A stretch of 63,997 nucleotides of DNA, filler included, from Reclinomonas americana ATCC 50394 (taxonomy: Eukaryota): NCBI GenBank assembly GCA_048213135.1. It is 12 parts of 12 records of this genome, joined end to end, with 100 filler letters (N's around TTAATTAATTAA, not from the genome) between each part and the next. Parts side by side here need not be neighbours in the genome. Positions count along the whole stretch, not along the records: positions 1 to 15,780 come from AFZH01018099.1; positions 15,881 to 19,543 come from AFZH01018102.1; positions 19,644 to 24,647 come from AFZH01018103.1; 9 more parts are not named here. One strand, written 5' to 3'. Below are positions 11,085 through 24,600 of this stretch, in pieces. The notes beneath the pieces were generated by a model. The model was not told the origin of the DNA. It saw only the letters and a program-made list of their open reading frames with translations, and searched no databases. The position numbers and the translations under genes are program-made. Every line of letters begins with the position of its first letter. Position 1 is the first letter of the stretch.

Positions 11085-14000
11085 TCACTGACTGCCATCC
11101 GTCGGCCCGTGGAACGGTGGGAATCGGAAACGAGCTGTGCGCAGCAGTTTTGTAAAATGAGAATCACCTATCATCCCAGACCCCCCCTCCTTCGCCTGTT
11201 CTCCTCCTCACCGACAAGCGGAAGGTGATCCGACGGCTGGCACTCGTTCGGCAGCGCGCCGCCGTACAGTGACAGTGCGCGTTCCGACGGCACATCCAGC
11301 ACGGCCACGGGCCGCAGCAAGCCGTGCGAGTAGAAGATGTAGTCGAGACAGTTGCGGAATCCCATGGCAAAGTTAGAGTGCACCGGCTCGCGACCCAGCA
11401 CGCTGAAATACGAGCTGCGCATGTTGAGCGGGTGGCGGAGGCGTCCTTCGCGTCCTCCCAGGCGGAACAGGCCATCCTGCAGGGCCGCACGTGCCACCTC
11501 GTCGTCAGCAGGGAGATTGCCGTCCACCATAAAGTTGTAGCACGCGCTGCCAGGCAGCGAGTTAAAGTCACCGCACAGCACAGTTGCGACACGCGTGTCC
11601 TCGCCGTACGTGGCGCGCACGAAGCGCTGCAGATCCTCAATGTACTGCGTCAGCACCTTGACTTGTCGCAGCTGGAGATGCGGATCGCGGTGCTGGCACG
11701 AAATGTGTGTCGACACCACAATCACTCGATCACCCGACTCGCGGTGACGCAGTAAGACGCCCACTGCGACTTGCGTGACGCGCGTCAAGGCGGGGTTGCG
11801 CGAGCCCTTGGCGGCCTTCAGCAGTCGATCGCCGTAGCCGCATGTATCGAACTCTTCCGGCCACACAGACTCGCGCTCAAACACCGCGTGCTTCCAGTGG
11901 ACAGTGTTGCCGATGACGGGGCCGCGAGGGCCGACCACAAAGCCGTTGGTTCCACGCTTGCGCACTGCGGCCAGTGGAGAGTGAGGGAGAATAGAAGCAT
12001 GGCGTGGACGAGCAACAGCAGGCACGTGGGCACTCGAACCATAGGCTCCACAGTACACGGGATCGGAGCCGGCCGAGGTGCCGAGCAGCATCTGATGCAG
12101 CTGCAGCATGTGATTGTCCTCTTGCGGGTGGGTGTGGTTGACGGGCGCTTGCACCTCCTGCATGCACAGAATGTCGGGGCTGTAGAACATGATCTCGCGC
12201 ACACTGCAGGGAGGTAGAGTATATTGGATGAATATATGTGCGGTGCGGCGAGAGGATGCGCATGCAACGCAACAGACTCCACGAGCGATTCCTCCAGCTC
12301 AGACACTCAAAGCTGCTCAGGTACCCGAAGTGCTCCTGGCAGGCGAAAACAAAAGCAATCAGTTAATGAACACTGGTGCAGTGAGTGGCTTAGCAAGATA
12401 CGCATTCCACGCACAGGGTTGCTGGTCAGATGACTCTCAACTGCGCGGATATCACACGATGAGTGCCTGCGCCAACAACAGAAAACTGCGCAGCACCATT
12501 GCTGCAACGAAACTGAGATGTTGCGCCAAGATGTTGTACGTGGCCACCGAAAACGACGGACCTGCGTGCGCACGCGCTTCCGAGTGAGCTTCGAGTTGTG
12601 CGTAGTGACAAATGCATGCGTACTCACCCAACGGTGCGCTGCGCGGCTTCGGGCAGATGCTGAGCATGTTCTCCTCTGCACCAGCAATGCGCACCTGACG
12701 GAACTCCGGAGGTGGCGTGTCGCGGCGAACCCGTGGCACACTGCTGCTCTCTCCGATCACAGTCAGTCGCCGAGAACCGCGCAGAGCACGACAGATGAAT
12801 GCCACCGGATCTGCAAAGCAGCACCAAGTTTGAGCCTTCCATCACTCACTTCGCTTGCGAAAGCGCGCGTCCGGTGCCTTACCTTGCTCCCGCTGCAGCC
12901 ACTCGCGGAGCACACGGATGCCCAGCAGGTCTTCCACGGCCACGCTCCAGTCCTCCGAGTCCAGCAGCAGCGAAGCCAGGTAACGGTCGTGCAAGAGGTA
13001 GCGGTCTGTCTCGAGGAAACATGAGAAGAATCCTGGAGCGACGAAGAAAAGGCAAGCAGGCGTACCGCTCATGTACAACTCGATCTGTCGGCGCACACGA
13101 TGTGCAGCTTCTTCGGGAGACCAACGAGCCACCTCGAGTGGTGGGCTCGACAGTGCCTGCGAGGGATGCTGTGCGTGCGCATTGTATTTAGCGATGCGAA
13201 TGCAACAAAAAAATCGCAGTGTGCCTGTGGTGAGCAAGCAAGTGACGAAACGGCAATGGCATCGCGGAATGCATCATGCAGCTCATCGTCGGCTGCCCCG
13301 TGCGGCACAGGCGACCTCTCGGCCAGTTGGAGTCTGTGAAACCCTCGTCCGCGTAAGGCGTGGTGAAGGGGGTGCAAGAGGAAGAAGGGAGAGAAAAACG
13401 CAACGGTGTGATCCACTCATCGTTGGCGGACAGGATCACTGGTGGCTGGCACCCAGGTACGTCGTCAAAGCCCTCCACAATGGCGGCAACAATGTCGGAT
13501 GCTGTGATGGGCTCCGTCGCGGAGAACGAGGTGAACTCGTCCAGGCTGATCAGGCTGTCGATCGGCAGTTCGCGCTCCGGACTGTCCTCCATGATCTCCA
13601 GGAGATCCGGCTGCGGGCAAGAGTGTGTGAGTGCATGCAGCTGATAAGTGTCGTCCTTCTCTCGCCGCTGCACGCAACATATCGACTGAGGCCACGCTTG
13701 GCAAACAAGTCGTGCAGCGTCCGGCGAATGTACGTGCCGCGCGGGCACTTGCCGATGAGCAACTCTGACGATGGTGTCGGCTGAACCACTTGCACGAAGC
13801 GCGAGTCTGCGATGGGTCGTTGTGTGAACGCAGTGTGACAGCGAAAGAAATGCAGATCACGAAAAGCACTCACGTCCCACAGCGGAAATGATGAACGGCT
13901 CACGCTCCGATGCAGGGATGTAGCGCAGCGTCTGCATGATGCTCGACGTGTGGAGCATGTCGGAGAGGAGCGCCAGATTCCCTCCGTGTGATTCGCACAG

Positions 14001-14989
14001 CGCACGCAAGCGCGGGTCACGGTCCTGCTGCTGCGCGGAGAAACACGCAGCCAGTTGCATCTCCACAACACGCGCCGTCGGCACGCACAGCACCGTCGAT
14101 CCATCGGCACTCATGCGCACGCGGCCGCTCGTGTGGTTCTGCTGCCGCAAGCCAATGGCCTCCAGCACGATCTCGGCGGAGGAGAACGCGCGGCCACTGG
14201 GTGCCATCGTCGCCACACGCGTGCGACACACAATCTCCACCAGTGGCAGCTGCCGCAGGAGCACCTCGGCCGACAACGCCACTCCGTCCGCTCCCTTCTT
14301 GAACTCCTCTCGCAGCGGCACCACCGCGGCATCCACTTCGTCATCGCCTCGCTGCGCAGACGCCTCGGCGGCGGCAAACGCTGGACAAACCATCAATCGT
14401 CAGCACACTGGCATTGCAAACAGACTTCAAACAGCGTGCCTTCGTCGATCAACAAGACAATCTCGTGCGCCACTGATCGCCGACGAATGCACCGTTCCGC
14501 CGGGTAGTAGCCAATGGAGGCCGGCGGAAACGAGTCCACCGCCTCACAGATCAGTTCCTCGGTGATGTCCTTTGGATTTTTCCGACCATTGACATGAGCA
14601 CTCACTCAATCTCATCAGCTGAATGACATGCCACTCACCGACCGCAACCACTGCATCTCGCGGTGAATATCAATCGGCGCACCTGCTGCTGTCAGCACAC
14701 GGCGCAACTCTGCGCGATCCGAGCCCACTTCCACACTCTCTGCGCGACTCAGAAACACCGTCGAGTTGCGCGCCAACATCACCGAAGGCGACGCTGGTGC
14801 AGCGGCCGCAGAGGCAGCTGCCAGTGACACTGTCGTGGGCACATGTGCGTGTGTGTGTGCTGCTGCTGATGGTGGTGGTGCGGAGGAGGCGGAGGCGGCC
14901 TCAAAGGGCGCGGCAATACGACGCGCGAGCTCTCGCAGGCGACTTGAACGCTCGTCAGCGTCGCCAGTGGAAAAGTAGGAACTCGCCAT
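11085..14989 (-). CDS. Multi-La-motif + CCR4/Angel/PDE12-type EEP protein, paralog B
   Basis: EEP motifs ATYNILAQ, PDILCMQEVQ, VSTHI, LCGDFNS, CLDYIFY and PSDHLPL. La motif RVRRQIELYMS-DRYLLHDRYLASLL...ICRALRGSRRLTV...RVRRDTPPPE. Confidence 0.8.
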
Positions 14990-15274
14990 GGTCTTCTTCT
15001 TCTTCTTTCTTCGCTCTGTGGTGTCACTGTGTTTGGTTTCAAAGTCGTTTCAAAATTGGACATGCATGGACGGACAGGACTGCAGTTGCGACTCGCAAAC
15101 TTCACTCGATGTGAACTCGACGCGGAAAACTGAGTACCGTCGAGCAGCGTGTTGACCCTTGACCCTGGACGCTCGTCATGGCTGCGAGCTCCGACTGTTG
15201 ACATCGACTCCAAGACAGTGGAAGCAGAACGGGGCCGACAGTGGAAGCAGAAGTAAACCTCCTCAATGTTGCAT

Positions 15275-15780
15275 CTACAGCGGCTGCGGGCGATGCAGAG
15301 CTCCAAACACACCAGCTGTCAGCACGAGTCGATCATTGGTGCGTGCCAGCAGCTCGTTGAAACAAGCGGTCCACGACGATAGGCGAGGACGCTCCTGGCA
15401 GGCACGTCGGAGACCGAGCAGTACGTTTTGTGCCACGTCGAGGCGGCGATGCACCGAGACCACATTGGCCACGCAGAGGTTGTACAGTGTGTCCAGGTGA
15501 CGGTTCGTGGGTTCGGCGTGTTGCCGCATCCAGTCCACGGCCACCGCATACACATCCTGTGCAGATGGCGAGTCATCTGCATTCTCTGCCTCCGCCTCGC
15601 TGTCCGCCACGGCCACTGCGTGCTCCACATCGCCATGATCACCCTCATCACCACCAAGATCGATAATGCCCGTGTGCGCCGCCGCTTCTCCACCGGTGTT
15701 GCACGAGGCCGACGTTGCTGCCGTGGCCACGGCGTTGCCGACCAGGTCGGCGAGAAGCTCGCGACGAATGCCTAGCACAC
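15275..15780 (-). CDS. Hypothetical protein, internal or 3' fragment truncated by gap
   Basis: Long helical ORF 15275-15778; no family recognised. Confidence 0.35.
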
Positions 15781-15880
15781 NNNNNNNNNNNNNNNNNNNN
15801 NNNNNNNNNNNNNNNNNNNNNNNNTTAATTAATTAANNNNNNNNNNNNNNNNNNNNNNNNNNNNNNNNNNNNNNNNNNNN
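15781..15880. other. Artificial contig linker (N run + TTAATTAATTAA). The same linker occurs at 19544, 24648, 29464, 34026, 36523, 38907, 41230, 45526, 48168 and 62311.
   Basis: 100-nt blocks of N with a six-frame stop oligo in the middle. Confidence 0.98.
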
Positions 15881-18800
15881 TCGGCAACTTGCTCCGCTCG
15901 CTGACCGTTCTCATCGTGGAAGGTGTGATGGATTGCTTGTTCGCCTGCTGTACGTATTGCCGCATCACTCTCATGTCCTTTGTGCGTCTCTCCAGATCGC
16001 GAGTCGACGCAGCGCGTGTTGAAGGAGTCCATGGCACCACTGCTGCACCTATGCACCAACGACCATCGTGGTATCTCCGAGTTGGCCATTCGCACCATTG
16101 CCTCTGTCGTCGATGGAAGTTTCGCACCCGTATCGCTCTGACTGTCCAGCCGCTTGTCACTTCCGCTCACCGTCCGTGCAGAGTCGGTGGTGGAGGATGT
16201 GATTCGCTTCGAGGGCGTCCCGAAACTGATTCAACTGACCGAAAACAACTCCTCGTCGGAGCTCCTAGCGGAGCTTCTGCACACCGTGGCCAACATGTCG
16301 AAGCACTCAGGTGCTTTGTGTTCAACAGGAGACAGAATGATGCTTCGCCGACTAACCCAATTCGCGTTGCAGCATTTGCGAGGAAGAAATTCGCGCACTC
16401 TCCCATTCCCGGCATCATTTTCAATGTGTTCTCGTTACGCGGTAAGCTGTTGCATGCGGACAGTGCTTACAAGGAGTGGCTTGAGTGGGAGGGTCTGCGC
16501 TGCATCGCACAATTGGTGTTTGAGCGTTGCGTCATCCGGTTTCTCGTTGCCCATGTCCAGCCGACGCCATTGTGTTGTTGATCTGGATCTGTTGCTACCC
16601 CTAAACAGCTCACTTTGTGGAGCGCTTCTTGGAGGAGCGCATCTTCCCCATGATCATCAACCAGATTGAGGTCGGCCCTCTTGGTCACAAGGTGGAGGCC
16701 ATGACGGCACTCTCCATGTTGGTGATGGATGGTTTGTTGGTGTTGCCCGTCAAGCCAGCCACCTCGAACGCCAGCTCACTGGTGGCATTGCAGCGCGCTT
16801 CCGTCTGGCGATTCGACAGGAACTGAATTTCCTGCCCGTGGTGATTGAGCTGACGGGTTCACCCAACTCGGATTTGGCACTGGTGGCGTTGCGAACGATG
16901 GGATATTTGGTGTCGGATGGTTCGTCCGTCTCCACACGAAGAAGTCATGTTATTTATGTGCCTGAGTGTCTCTCGCCTGCACAGCTGCGGTGGTCGACTT
17001 TGTCGTCGAGTCTGGCGGCATGAACACGCTGCTCGATTACCTGCGGTTCCGCGACGAAGCGTTTCTCATCGAGGCCTGCCGCAACATTGCCTATGTGGCC
17101 ACGCACTGTTGGGTAGTCTCACTCCTTTTTGTTTGCTCCGACCTGAATACTCATGTGTACCTGCCATCACAGTGCACATGCGGCAAATGTTGGTACAAGC
17201 CAACGCCTCAACGCTACTGCTGCAGTTGATTGCCAATGGACCCAGTTCCTACCAGCCGTGGGCGCTCAAAGGAGTCGTCGCACTCTCAAACAATGGTTTT
17301 TTCCCTCGCTTCTGATTTGGGATCTCATGAGAGAGACTGTTGCAAACTGATTTTGTGTGCAGACGAATTCAAGATGCAAATCGGCCAGCGCGGAGGTCTG
17401 CCGGCACTGGTGGAATTGATGTACTCCAAGAGCGATGACCTCTGTTTCGATGCTGTCCGTGTGATTGCCAATGTGGTGCAAACTGGCGATAACTCGAGTC
17501 GATGCATTCGCTGCGGAGCCCTCGATGCGCTTTTCTCGGTTCTTAGTCGTGACGACTGTGTCGAGGCGGCCACTGAAGCCGCACGAGCGCTGTACGGACT
17601 CTTGTGCTCTGGTTCGTGTGGATGAAGCAGTGTGAAAATGATCGGCCGCTGCATGCTCACTCCTCTGTGCAGATACCGTACGGCCACGAGTGCTCCAGTA
17701 CGGGGCGGTACCGAATCTGTGCACGGTGGCATTGACGGAGGACATTGCATTCCAGCACTGGGTGATGAAGTCGCTTATTCTTCTGTCGCACAAGTCGGGT
17801 GCGTGCCGATGATGGATACGTTGCTTCCGTGCGCATGTGTATCGCTTACGCGCACTGGCAGATGAAACCTGGGCACTGGTGCACCTGGCCGGCGGCTGGC
17901 GTATGGTGTCGCTGAATCTGCGATCCGAGTTCCCCGTCATTCGCCACTTTGGCATGGACACAACCGATCGTTATGGAATCGGCGACGAGGAGATTGGCAA
18001 GGCGTGTAAGGCCCTCATTTTGCACCGTCTGTTCACGCACGTGCGCTCGCCACACGAAGCACTGCATCCGCAAGCGGTTCGGCTGATTGAGCGGTTCTCC
18101 GAGTCGAGTTGCGCACGCCCGCCTGTCTTGAACGCGGGCTGACGAATTTTTGCGGGGGTCGCTTACCAGCTGGTGTTTTGACAGGGAAAGCATGGCGAAC
18201 GTTCCGCGACGTGCCGACATACCACAGCCTGGCCTATCAGCTGGATAAGCACGGAAGCGACAGTGATCGTTCTTGCAGCATCTTCCGTACGTGGGTCAAC
18301 CTGACAGACGCTGGTGAGTCGTCTCCATGCCGCGAAACTTGCCGCTTGAGTATGACTGTGTTTTCTTGCGGTCCAGGGTTCTGCCGAGCGCTCTTTTACA
18401 AGAACAGTGCTCAAAAGACACTGCATCGCTTTGCGGATGTGGACAATCAGCTTGCCGCCGAGGCAAGACACTTGGTGTTCCGCCTGCATTACATTCTCTG
18501 CCAAGACAGTGCGTGTGAGGTCGCTCCGTCTGCTGATGTGAAATGACACGATTGGCTAACTGTCGCCACGTGCACACACAGCCAAGTACCTGGAGATGGT
18601 GTTGAACAGTGAGGTGTTCCGTTTGGCCGTGGGCTGCATTGAGCGCGACACGTTGCACATTAGCAAGTATGCCATTGGGTTGTCGGCGTTCTTTTCGTTT
18701 GCTGGTGAGTGACGAGCGGTTTGGAAACAGCGCACACTGGACGAGTGCGTCTCTCACCCGTGCTTCTGTGTGTAGTACAATGGCGGTTGCAGATGAAGCG

Positions 18801-19543
18801 CGATGATTTGCTGCGCAACTTGGCGCGCGCCATGGATATGGACGACGAACAACTCAAGAGCTTTGCTGCGTGCGCCATGGCGAATCTGGTGGAAGAGAGT
18901 TGCGGCTGGCCGCGTTGATTACGCGAGGGATGCTGATGTATTGACTGTGGTGGTGGTGCGCACAGAGGACATGGCACTGCGGATGCAGCAGCTTGGCTGT
19001 GCCAGTGCACTGCTTAGTGGACTCTATTCGACAACGTACGAGTGTCAGGTACAATGCACCCGCGGAGTGGCGAACTTTGCTCTTGTCGGTGAGTGGTCGT
19101 CGTGCATCTCGTCACCCACACACACACACGCTCATCGACCATGCGACAACGCAGCACAACTGGAGGCCGAAGTGCTGGAGATGGACGGATTGGCGCGACT
19201 TGCCGAACTCATGGTGGACTACGACGAGGATCTGATGATGTTGCGCGAGACGACACGGGCCGTGGCGAACTTGTCTGTCACAGGTTTGACGAGTGCGATT
19301 ATAGAGGAGGGCGACACATGTGTGCCTGATGTCGCCACCACGCACAGAGCGCCTTGCGGAGGAGATTCGCGATGTGGACGCCACGTCGTCGCTGATGCAG
19401 CTACTCAATCACACCGACGCCGAGGTGCGCGACAATGCCAAGTTCACACTGTCGAATATGATGGGACGCGACGGTTTGTTGTGTTTCACGTGGGGATTTG
19501 TTGGTGTGCGACTTGCGACCAACACCATGATGATGTACACCAC
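15881..19543 (+). CDS. Armadillo-repeat protein (Vac8/importin-alpha-like repeats), partial
   Basis: Repeated ARM signatures: RFEGVPKLIQL, ESGGMNTLLDYL, QRGGLPALVELM...AVRVIANV, MDGLARLAELM...TTRAVANLS. Confidence 0.75.
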
Positions 19544-19682
19544 NNNNNNNNNNNNNNNNNNNNNNNNNNNNNNNNNNNNNNNNNNNNTTAATTAATTAAN
19601 NNNNNNNNNNNNNNNNNNNNNNNNNNNNNNNNNNNNNNNNNNNCCGTCCGTCCCACACGATCGCACATTCTCCAAGCAATCA

Positions 19683-22600
19683 ATGGGAGCAGGCCGATCA
19701 GCGCCCGCCCACAGCGGAAGCGATGCAGCGCCCGTTCAACGAGAAGCGCGTGACGCAGGACCACTGACCGGCGATGCCCTGATCGCTGCGGAACTGGAAG
19801 AGTACGCCAGAGGTGATGAAGCACAAATCGCAATGTACATTGAGGTCGCCCTCTCATCTCCTCTGTCGCAGTGCCCGAGCTGTGGGAGCCAGAGGTCGTT
19901 GCCGCGTGGTTGCGCTCTGTCGGCTGCGAAGAGTTTGTCGAGAGCCTGGTGGAGTTGCGCGACAGAACTCGCCTGAGCGTTTCTGACTGCTATTTTCGCT
20001 CATCGATGCGTATAAATGCACAGCCACTTGTCTCTCGACGGGAAGCAGCTTCTCCTTCTGGGGCCGCAGGGAGTCGATCAGCTGCTGAGGTGCGTGTCGT
20101 CGACGGAGAATGCGATCATTCCTCGCACTCTCACCCATCCCGATCGATCATGTTGCCGCGAACAACAGAGACACGCGTGTGCTGTGCTCCGACGATCGCC
20201 GCGCAGCGTTGCTGGACCATGTGACGGCACTCCACGATGCGTATGAACGCGACCTGCAGCGAGTGCGTGAGGTGCGAGCGCGGCGACAGCAGAATGGTTT
20301 GTTGTTGCAGTTGTCTTCTTTCAAAGTGCTGTCAGTGCTCACTCAGTCTGTGGGTGGTCGTGAGGCAGAAGAGAGCAGTGCAGAGCAGGAGCTCAGCATC
20401 ACGCTGCGACCTGGCGTCGAGCTTCCGGATGCACAAACGACTCCGGCAGGCGCCTTGTGGTTCTATCACTGCGAGACGCGCAACTCGGACGAGGGTGCTG
20501 CGCGTACTCTGCGACGAGGTCGGTCACTCCCTTCGGCACCGTTAGTAAGCTTTGCGATTGCTGACTCTTGCTGCGATGCGTGCCGATGCGCAGAGTGGGC
20601 CAATCAACCGCAGCCATTCATGCGGCATCTCGGAGCTCGTGTGGTTCCCCTTGTTCGCTTTGATCGCAAGCAGCACTTGTCGCCACGGTTCACCACCTTG
20701 TTCAGTGGCCAGTTGTCTCGTTGCGTTGGCAAAACACTTGCTTCTCTCACACTCACGCACTTAACGACACACCCACCAACAGATCAGCCACTGGATCTTG
20801 TCTCGCTGTCCGAGTTTTTCTACACGAGTCTCGCCGTGTCGGCACGCAAGCGTGGCTCTGTTGGTTCGTACACCAAGCGTGTGAATCCATCCAGCGGCGG
20901 CCTCTTCCCCGTCGAATGCTACGCCGTGTTGCCGGTTGTGCCGGGACTCGGTACGCGCGTGCGCGCACTCGTCGATCAGCGGCAGCAGCAGGTTCGTTTG
21001 ACGTGCGGTGGTGCCGTCAACTGCGCCTCTCGGATGAGTGACTGCTATGCGTGCGTAGAGTGTGCGGCAGCCTGCTGTGTACCACTACCACAGTGTCGGG
21101 CATGCGCTGGAAGTGATACGGCCAATGCCACACGACATGTTCCTCGAGTTTCAGCGGTCCGTGTGCATCAACACGATATTATGTGGCCCTCTCCGTTCAG
21201 CCAACACTCACATGCGACCGTGCTCTCCACTTGCAGGTGCTGTGTTGGAGGACCGAGTGCGCCGTCTTTTCTACTGGTAATCACCTCCGTGCACTGGCGT
21301 GAGGTGTGGAAGTATGGCGAGCGTGCCCTGCGATACTGCCTGTTGGACGAAGGTACACGCTGCTGGGCGGCAGCGTTGTTGTGCCGCACTGATAACAACT
21401 GATACACGATGTTCGTCATAGGGCACGTACTTGGTGCCATTGGCTACGCAGCCGCTGCGCTTGGTTGGTGTGTGCGAGTTGTCAACAATGTCACTGACGA
21501 CGATGTCAGTGTGCTGATTGGCGACGAGCACAATCCGGTGGCCGATGTGGAACGCGAAAAGTCTGTGTGTGTGCTGGCTGTGTACACAACAGCAGTCGAC
21601 TCGGCTGTTTCGGAGCCGGTCTGCATGTCGGCGCAGTGGCGAGACACTCTGCTCCCCGCATATCGCAGTAGCACAGGTACAGACAACGGCCATTCTTCTT
21701 GCTCAGTGCGTTCCGTGGTGACGGCCGACAATAACAGTGCGTGTGGTGGTTTTGCAGTACTGTCCGGGCGAAAACTACCCGTGAGCGAGCGATTCACACA
21801 CTGGCCACTGGTCGACATGGCGGAGCAAGCATGTGCACAGCAGCACGTCGTTGCCGGTGATGTCGCTCCGCAGCAGAGACGACCAGATGCCGATCCCTCG
21901 GAGATGCCCGACGTGCACGTCCCACTCGTTGGTGCGCGCCATGCATGGTGCATGCCGTTTGGTATGAGATCGCTGCAGCTGACTACGATCTGGTTGTCGC
22001 ACAGATGCACGCCTGCAAAGCGTTGACGCGAGCGATTCGTTCATGCACATTGTGCGAAAACGCCGATCGGCCACCGAGTTTGTCGCGGGAGGAACGGTGA
22101 CTCTGGAGACGCTGGTGTCTGTTCTCGAAAGCATTGCGGCTCGTGACAGAGCACATGAGCGAGACTCGGTGTGGAGCGGTACGGCCAGTCAACTCCACAC
22201 TGTGCCACTCACCGTCGGCGTCGTTGTGACGCGAGTGGATGGTCTCGAAAGCGGCGTGTATGTGCTTCCGACGGGTCCGTTGCCTGTGGATTTCGACCGT
22301 CGTGTGTCGGGTGATCCCATCGTTCCCAGTTTGCCGCAGCTGCGGCTGGTGTCGTCGGTGTGTGACGGATGCCACACAGACGATTATTACACCCATGTAT
22401 CCTCTCCTCACGTGCACACCTCTCGTGTGCAGCTGAGTGAGGAGGAGGCTTCACAACTCGCGTACAGCTTGAGTTGTCGCCAGAACTTTCTGCGCAACTC
22501 ATCGTTCTGCTTGTGTTTCCTGGCTCCCATTCCTCGCAACGACGCCGTTGCGGTTGCCGAGCAGCCTGTGTCGGCGGGCGTATGGTATCGAAGGGTGCAC

Positions 22601-24403
22601 TGGACTGCTGCAGTGGCTGCGCACGTAGCCTACATCGGTATGGTTGCGGTGGATTATTATGACTTTGATTTCATGTGTCTCTCACCTGCTGTTGCAGAAC
22701 TCGAGCGTCGCGGGTTTTCCGGCACCGGTATGGGGTGCTACCTGGATGAGCGCGTGCGTAACACGTTCTCGGACTTGGTCGTGGACTACTCCGCTCAGGT
22801 TCCACTCTGCTCTGTGTGTTTCGCCTGCCTGTGTCACTTCCCCGAGTTTTTCACGTGCCTTTCTTTGTGTCTGTCCACAGTCCGACATGAGTACAGTGTG
22901 CGTCTACATGTTTGCGGCTGGTGTCGCCAATCAAGACGAGCTGCTCGAGTGCCCAGACGAGGAGCCGTTCTTCCACGTGGACCACGTTGACGCTGATACC
23001 TTGCATCTGATTCGTCGCGGTCTGCACGATCCGCGAGGTGTGTGTCTGTTGCTGTCGGGCCATCGTGACTATCGAGTGCTCATGCACCAGAGCCTGCAGT
23101 ACAACACCAGTTGGCCACCGGGCGCACTGTTGACGCCACAGAACTGCCCGCACTCGGCGCTATTGTTCCCGTGCAACAGCCGGTGTTGTCGTCCGTGCCA
23201 CTGGTGGACGAGCACGCCGAGGCGTCTCCCGTTCCGTTCGCTATGCGACCGGAGATCGAATGCCTTCGACGCGCGCTGGTGATGCTAGAGTCGGAGCCGC
23301 AAGCGACGTCGCACTGTTTGGTGCGGCAGGCGCTGTCGATCGTGGTTTCACACGCGCAGCACCTGGTTTGCTGTCATTTGTGTTGCGTCGCTCCACGCGC
23401 ACACTGTTGTCGCACCGAGGGCGGCCAATCGTGCTCACCACCGCGCAGCACACAAGGAGGCACACCTTTCGATTCGCGATTCTCTCGCCCACTACGGCTA
23501 CGCTTTGATTCGCCTGCCACCTGCCGAGCGCCAGATACTGGTGGACTTGCGACGCGCGAGTGACGAGTTTTTCAAGTTGAGCGACGAGGAAAAGTCGCAG
23601 TGTGTGCCATCGCGTGAGCATCTCGAGTTCCCACCCAATCTCGGCTACGTCACGGTGCCGGGAGTTCGCGAGTACATCAAGGTCGGTGGAGATGTGTCGG
23701 AAGATGCCGCCTCACTGTGTTCTTACACGCAATGGCAGATGCGGCCATGTGACCCACCGGCCGTGATTCCCAATCGACCACCTCAGCTGCAAGCGCTGTA
23801 TCAGGAAGCCTTTCGTGTGCTGCACGGCGTGGCATGGGGGGCGTTCACTGCGATTGTGCAGCACACAGCGGATCCGCGCGTCGGCGAACCGCCACTGTTG
23901 CCGGCGGAGACCTTTGACGCCATTCGAGAGTTCTCGTTTGAGAAGAGCAGCGTGTCGTTGATACACTACCTGCGCAACGTGCACAACCGACTGGCGTGCG
24001 AGGTACACGAAGACACCGGTATTCTCACCATTGGTGTGCTCTCCGATGTGCCAGGCCTGCAAATCGTGGACCGGCAGACTAATGAGTTTGTGGCGGCGGA
24101 GGATTTTTCGCACTCAATCGTGCAACCATTCGACTTGGCGTGAGTGCATTCTTATTCTTGCCCTGCGTCACGCGTGCCTCGTTCTCATGTGCCCTCTTCC
24201 ACCCGCCGCAGTATCTTCATCGGCAAGAAACTGCCACTGCTTGCCGCAACCTCCGAGTTTGCCGCCACACCGCATCTGGTGGTTCGTTGGTTTTCCTCTT
24301 CCTAAGGTGCTCGCCTATTTCACAATTCCATCGTTTCCTCCAGGACATTGCGCGTGGTGCCGAGCGGCAGACAATGGTGTTCCTCCTCGACATTGCCAAG
24401 TGA
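19683..24403 (+). CDS. SAM domain + tandem SagB-type nitroreductase domains + 2OG-Fe(II) dioxygenase, apparent single fusion gene
   Basis: SAM: PELWEPEVVAAWLRSVGCEEF..LDGKQLLLL. Nitroreductase: YHCETRN..EWANQPQPF, RVNPSSGGLFPVECY, HWREVWKYGERALRYC..DEGH, IVRKRRSA, GTGMGCYLD. 2OG: HEDTG, TPHL, RQTMVF. A stop-free spliced path links the modules, but the linker splicing at 23230-23450 is inferred. Confidence 0.7.
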
Positions 24404-24429
24404 CCCCGTTTAAAAACAATTTGTTGGAT

Positions 24430-24600
24430 TCATTCAGTGCCGGAGTTTTGCCGCTTGCGCTCTGGTGACGAACTCGAGTCACGAGCACCACTGGCTTGCG
24501 AGTGAGAGCGCTTGGTGGCCTGCACATGGTCTTTGGCATGCTTCACCGCCTGTGATTCGATGTATTCTCGGGCTTGTTCCTGCACCAGGGGGAATTCAGG
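24430..24600 (-). CDS. Last exon of an unidentified gene truncated by the gap
   Basis: Short ORF (VQEQAREYIESQAVKHAK...) following a (TG)n intron-like tract. Confidence 0.3.
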   Translation of the reverse strand, partial: PEFPLVQEQAREYIESQAVKHAKDHVQATKRSHSQASGARDSSSSPERKRQNSGTE

